Below, in pieces: positions 24,709 through 27,905 of a stretch of DNA of 27,905 nt. The notes beneath the pieces are model-generated. The model ran no database searches, was not told the DNA's origin, and was given only the letters and a program-made list of their open reading frames with translations. The position numbers and the translations under genes were made by a program. The stretch spans positions 1-27,905 of the forward strand of contig NIVC01001235.1 of the NCBI GenBank assembly GCA_002269645.1, written 5' to 3'. Source of the stretch: Macrostomum lignano. Its lineage: Eukaryota. Numbering within the stretch: the stretch's first letter is position 1; each line of letters begins with the position of its first letter.

Positions 24709-24901
24709 GCCGACCGATTCTCAGTGAGGCTGGGCTTCGGCCAGCAGCTGAAGACGGCGCTAATTAAACTGCACACGGACAACCTGTCCTACCCGCTGTT
24801 TGACCCGCTGTACAGTGCGTTCAATCACTCGCACCCCAGTGCTGCACCGGCTGGCCGCTATTGATCAGGCCGAGGCCGAGGACGAGGCCAAGACTAAATA
24901 G
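24709..24901 (+). pseudogene. ZMPSTE24: Duplicated last exon of ZMPSTE24 with a 2-nt deletion
   Basis: Identical acceptor (TTTTTTCAAACTTAG). 193 nt versus 195 nt. CCCACTGTG>CCCAGTG frameshift plus three synonymous substitutions. No upstream coding exons in this copy. Confidence 0.85.
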
Positions 24902-26084
24902 GCGGAGTCTCAGTGCCGTTTCTTGGATTTCATTCCGTAGGGAGGCCGTCTGTAGCCATACTTTATATAGATTCTTTAACTGCCCTCTGCCGACACTTAT
25001 AGGTGTGCCTGAAATTGCTTAGCACAGGGATGGAGATTGGATGAAATTAAAGAGTGAAATAGATGAGTGGAAGTGAGATTAGAGAGTGGGATAGATAAGA
25101 GATGAGATTAGAGAGAGTTAGATAAGAGGAGATGAGATTAGAGGGTGAGATAGATAAGAGGGGTGAGATTAGAGGGTGAGATAGATAAGAGGGTGAGATA
25201 AGAGGGTAAGATAGATAAGAGGGGTGAGATTAAAGGGTGAGATAGATAATAGGCGATAGATTAGAAACTGGGATAGATAAGAGAAGGTAAGATTAGAGAA
25301 AGAGATAGATAGTGATTGTGTAATCAGAGTGTTTGCTGGGATTAAAGAGTTCGATGAGACATAAAATATGAGATTAGCGAAACTAGATAAGAGAAAAGAG
25401 AGGTGAGATCACTTTTTAGACACTTCGTATATATGGATAAGAAAATGGATTCAGCACAGCTCAATTTATATGATTGATATCAAAATATGTTCATTTCTGT
25501 CATGTATCCGCTGTCCTTTGTTAGCTCGATAATTGCTAAATTTGCTCCGAGTTTTTCGGATGTAATTTTTCATAGCCTGCTGTATGACTTTTCAAATATT
25601 TATTCTGAGTTAGGCAAGCAGTGAGGGCCAGGGACCGGAGCATCCAAGCATTAATTTTGTTTAATTTCATTCGATAATACTTGATTACAGCGCTACTTCT
25701 AGTAGTGCATTAAAAACACAAAGTCTGCTTTATTAAGCTTTTATTTTATTTTCTGTCTTTAAGTCTAAAATTAATCAAATAATATTTGTAGCTGTCAACC
25801 CCGTGCGCTGCGATTCGCTCAAGTTCTTTGCAGTCTGCTAAAGGCAAAACAATATTTACTTTACAGTTGTGTACTCATGCGGCTGCATGCCAAACTTTGG
25901 TTTGTCAGTCTGACATCATCTGGCTTGAACTAGTGTAGCTCTGATCAATATAATTCAATAAAGTTATGCGGCCAAAGCTTCCGCTTCATTTGGTTAAGGG
26001 CGAGTTGGCCTGTGGGGCAAAAAATCGTGCTAGTTTCATGCTGACTTGTCATTTTTTGATTAATAAAATGTCTATCAGAAATAG

Positions 26085-26597
26085 AGTCCAACACAGGAAG
26101 TCACAGAAAGTCCAGCACAGGAGGTCACAGACATTCCGGCACAGGAGGTGACAGACAGTCTAGCAAAGGAGGCCACAGACAGTCCAGCACAGGAGGTCAC
26201 AGACAGTCCAGGACAGGAGGCCACAGACAGTCCAGCACAGGAGGTCACAGACAGTCCGGCACAGGAGGTGACAGACATTCCGGCACAGGAGGTGACAGAC
26301 AGTCTAGCAAAGGAGGCCACAGACAGTCCAGCACAGGAGGTCACAGACAGTCCAGGACAGGAGGCCACAGACAGTCCAGCACAGGAGGTCACAGACAGTC
26401 CGGCACAGGAGGTGACAGACATTCCGGCACAGGAGGTGACAGACAGTCTAGCAAAGGAGGCCACAGACAGTCCAGCACAGGATGTGACAGACAGTCCAGG
26501 ACAGGAGGCCACAGACAGTCCAGCACAGGAGGTCACAGACAGTCCGGCACAGGATGTGACAGACAGTCCAGCACAGGAGGCCACAGACAGTCAAGCA
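26085..26597. repeat. 24-bp minisatellite, copy 2
   Basis: Homolog of 22981-23490, but organised as a 144-bp six-unit block repeated about 3 times. Confidence 0.93.
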
Positions 26598-26679
26598 CAG
26601 CCCGGTATAAAATGGTTAGCATGGTTGTGACACTCGAGGACACTCGCACTGTCACACCCTTCCAAAAATGACACTAAAC

Positions 26680-27155
26680 GACACTTATCTCTACTGTCGC
26701 CGGCACGACACTGACATGCGACACTGCCCTACGACACTGGCCTGGACTGTCGCCGGCACTACAATGACGTGCGACACTACCCTACGACACTGGCCTAAAC
26801 TGTCGCCGGCACGACACTGACATGCGAAACTGCCCTACGACACTGGCCTGGACTGTCGCCGGCACGACACTGACGTGCGACACTGCCCTAAGACACTCAT
26901 CTGACACTCATCCGACACTCATGTGACACTCATCCGACACTTATCTGACACTCATCCGACACTGATCTGACACTGCCCGACACGTATCCGACACTGCCCG
27001 ACACTTATCCGACACTCATCCCACACTGCCCGACATTCATCCGACACTCATCCGACACTGCCCGACACGCATCCGACACTCATCCGATACTGCCCGACAC
27101 TCATCCGACACTGCCCGACACTCATCCGACACTGCCCGACACTCATCCGACACTC
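26680..27155. repeat. GACACT-based composite satellite, copy 2 (longer 11-12-bp section)
   Basis: Homolog of 23560-23941, continuing as GACACTCATCC/GACACTGCCC units. Confidence 0.9.
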
Positions 27156-27816
27156 ATAGTCTTCGAAGGAAAAGTCAACAACTAAAAGAAAGAATAAATC
27201 GGCTGATAACGATAAGTTCAGCAGTGAAAACACCGCCTACTGGATTGTCCGTTTTCAAGATCCGAAACGGCAAGTGGCTTCAGTTAGCCAGACCCAATTT
27301 TCAAACAGTTCCGGCACCGAGGGTCAGCAGGAATACTCCGTGAGAGATGAAGTACGAGTTCGAGTAGCCAAAGGTGGTAACTCAAAGGCAGCCCTGCAAG
27401 AAGCCACAATTTTCAAGGGCTTGTACTCCACTAAGGGACAATCGGAAGTTGCCTTAAAGTGCTGCAGGCAACAGCCGCTGGTACCGACCATCAACTTGGC
27501 GAGTGGGTGCACTTGTTACCCCTCTCTGCAGCAAGACCTTTCGAGTTTGCGTGCCAAAATAGAGAAAAACATGCAGATGCGTGACGAAGAGCGTCTGACT
27601 GCAAGCTACAAAGCCGAGGCGGAAGGAGAAGACTGCAGAGATCTTGCGGTTGCAAGAACAAGCTGAGAAGTTGCGCTCGTCGCGGCGCCGCCGACAGACA
27701 AAGCGCAGAAAAGATACTAGACAAGTATATAACGGAGCGTCGAGATGCTCAAGACTGAGTGCCGCGTCCTAGAGGAGGCATTCACTGATGCCGCACTGGC
27801 TATGACTCGAATCTAA
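27156..27816 (+). pseudogene. Degenerate ORF of unknown function (possibly transposon-derived; putative coiled coil)
   Basis: An open frame of about 165 codons (..AYWIVRFQDPKRQVASV..EVRVRV..LSSLRAKIEKN..) appears to continue in shifted frames (EILRLQEQAEKLRS; VEMLKTECRVLEEAF). No recognised family, start codon or splice pattern. Confidence 0.3.
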
Positions 27817-27905
27817 ATGTTGTCAAGGATAGCAAAAAGTCATGGCTGCAATCTTCGTCACTCAGTCGCAGTCCGGAGATGACACCGCCAGACTGCATGA
27901 GGCTA

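Larger units (their letters stand above)
23942..26930 (+). repeat. Tandem segmental duplicate of the ZMPSTE24 locus (about 18966-23941) with the first two coding exons deleted
   Basis: 23942-24037 matches about 18966-19060. It joins directly to a copy of the intron-2 CT tract, the last exon, the 3' flank and both satellites. A few per cent divergence by eye. Confidence 0.9.

Overview
Eukaryotic (metazoan) genomic DNA with GC-rich exons and satellite-filled introns. By style it resembles a free-living flatworm such as Macrostomum, but this is an inference, not an identification. The first 3.6 kb is a stack of non-autonomous DNA transposons: an hAT-like element containing a long-inverted-repeat element, which itself contains a 9-bp-TSD MITE, followed by a TA-flanked MITE. 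Four intron-containing genes then follow head-to-tail on the + strand, 1.2-1.8 kb apart: NUP50 (4098-7440), a strongly divergent UAP56/DDX39-family helicase (8787-13945), GlcNAc-6-phosphate deacetylase AMDHD2 (15730-17941, with two 1-nt frameshifts near the 3' end) and CAAX prenyl protease ZMPSTE24 (19125-21824). A tandem, internally deleted duplicate of the ZMPSTE24 region (about 23942-26930) and a degenerate unknown ORF close the window. Three observations stand out. (1) The helicase and AMDHD2 have no identifiable genomic start codon; each begins at a phase-0 AG acceptor, as expected if a flatworm-type spliced leader ending in AUG supplies the initiator Met in an operon-like cluster. (2) The UAP56 paralog has an intact spliced frame but altered catalytic motifs (DECD>DDCD, SAT>CTT, GRGMD>AFGLQ, HRVARAGR>YRIGRAAH), making it a candidate pseudo-helicase. 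(3) The duplicated ZMPSTE24 last exon differs only by synonymous changes plus one frameshift. Most long ORFs in the six-frame track are tandem-repeat artefacts. All exon calls were made by eye from protein motifs and GT-AG sites; no alignments or searches were run.
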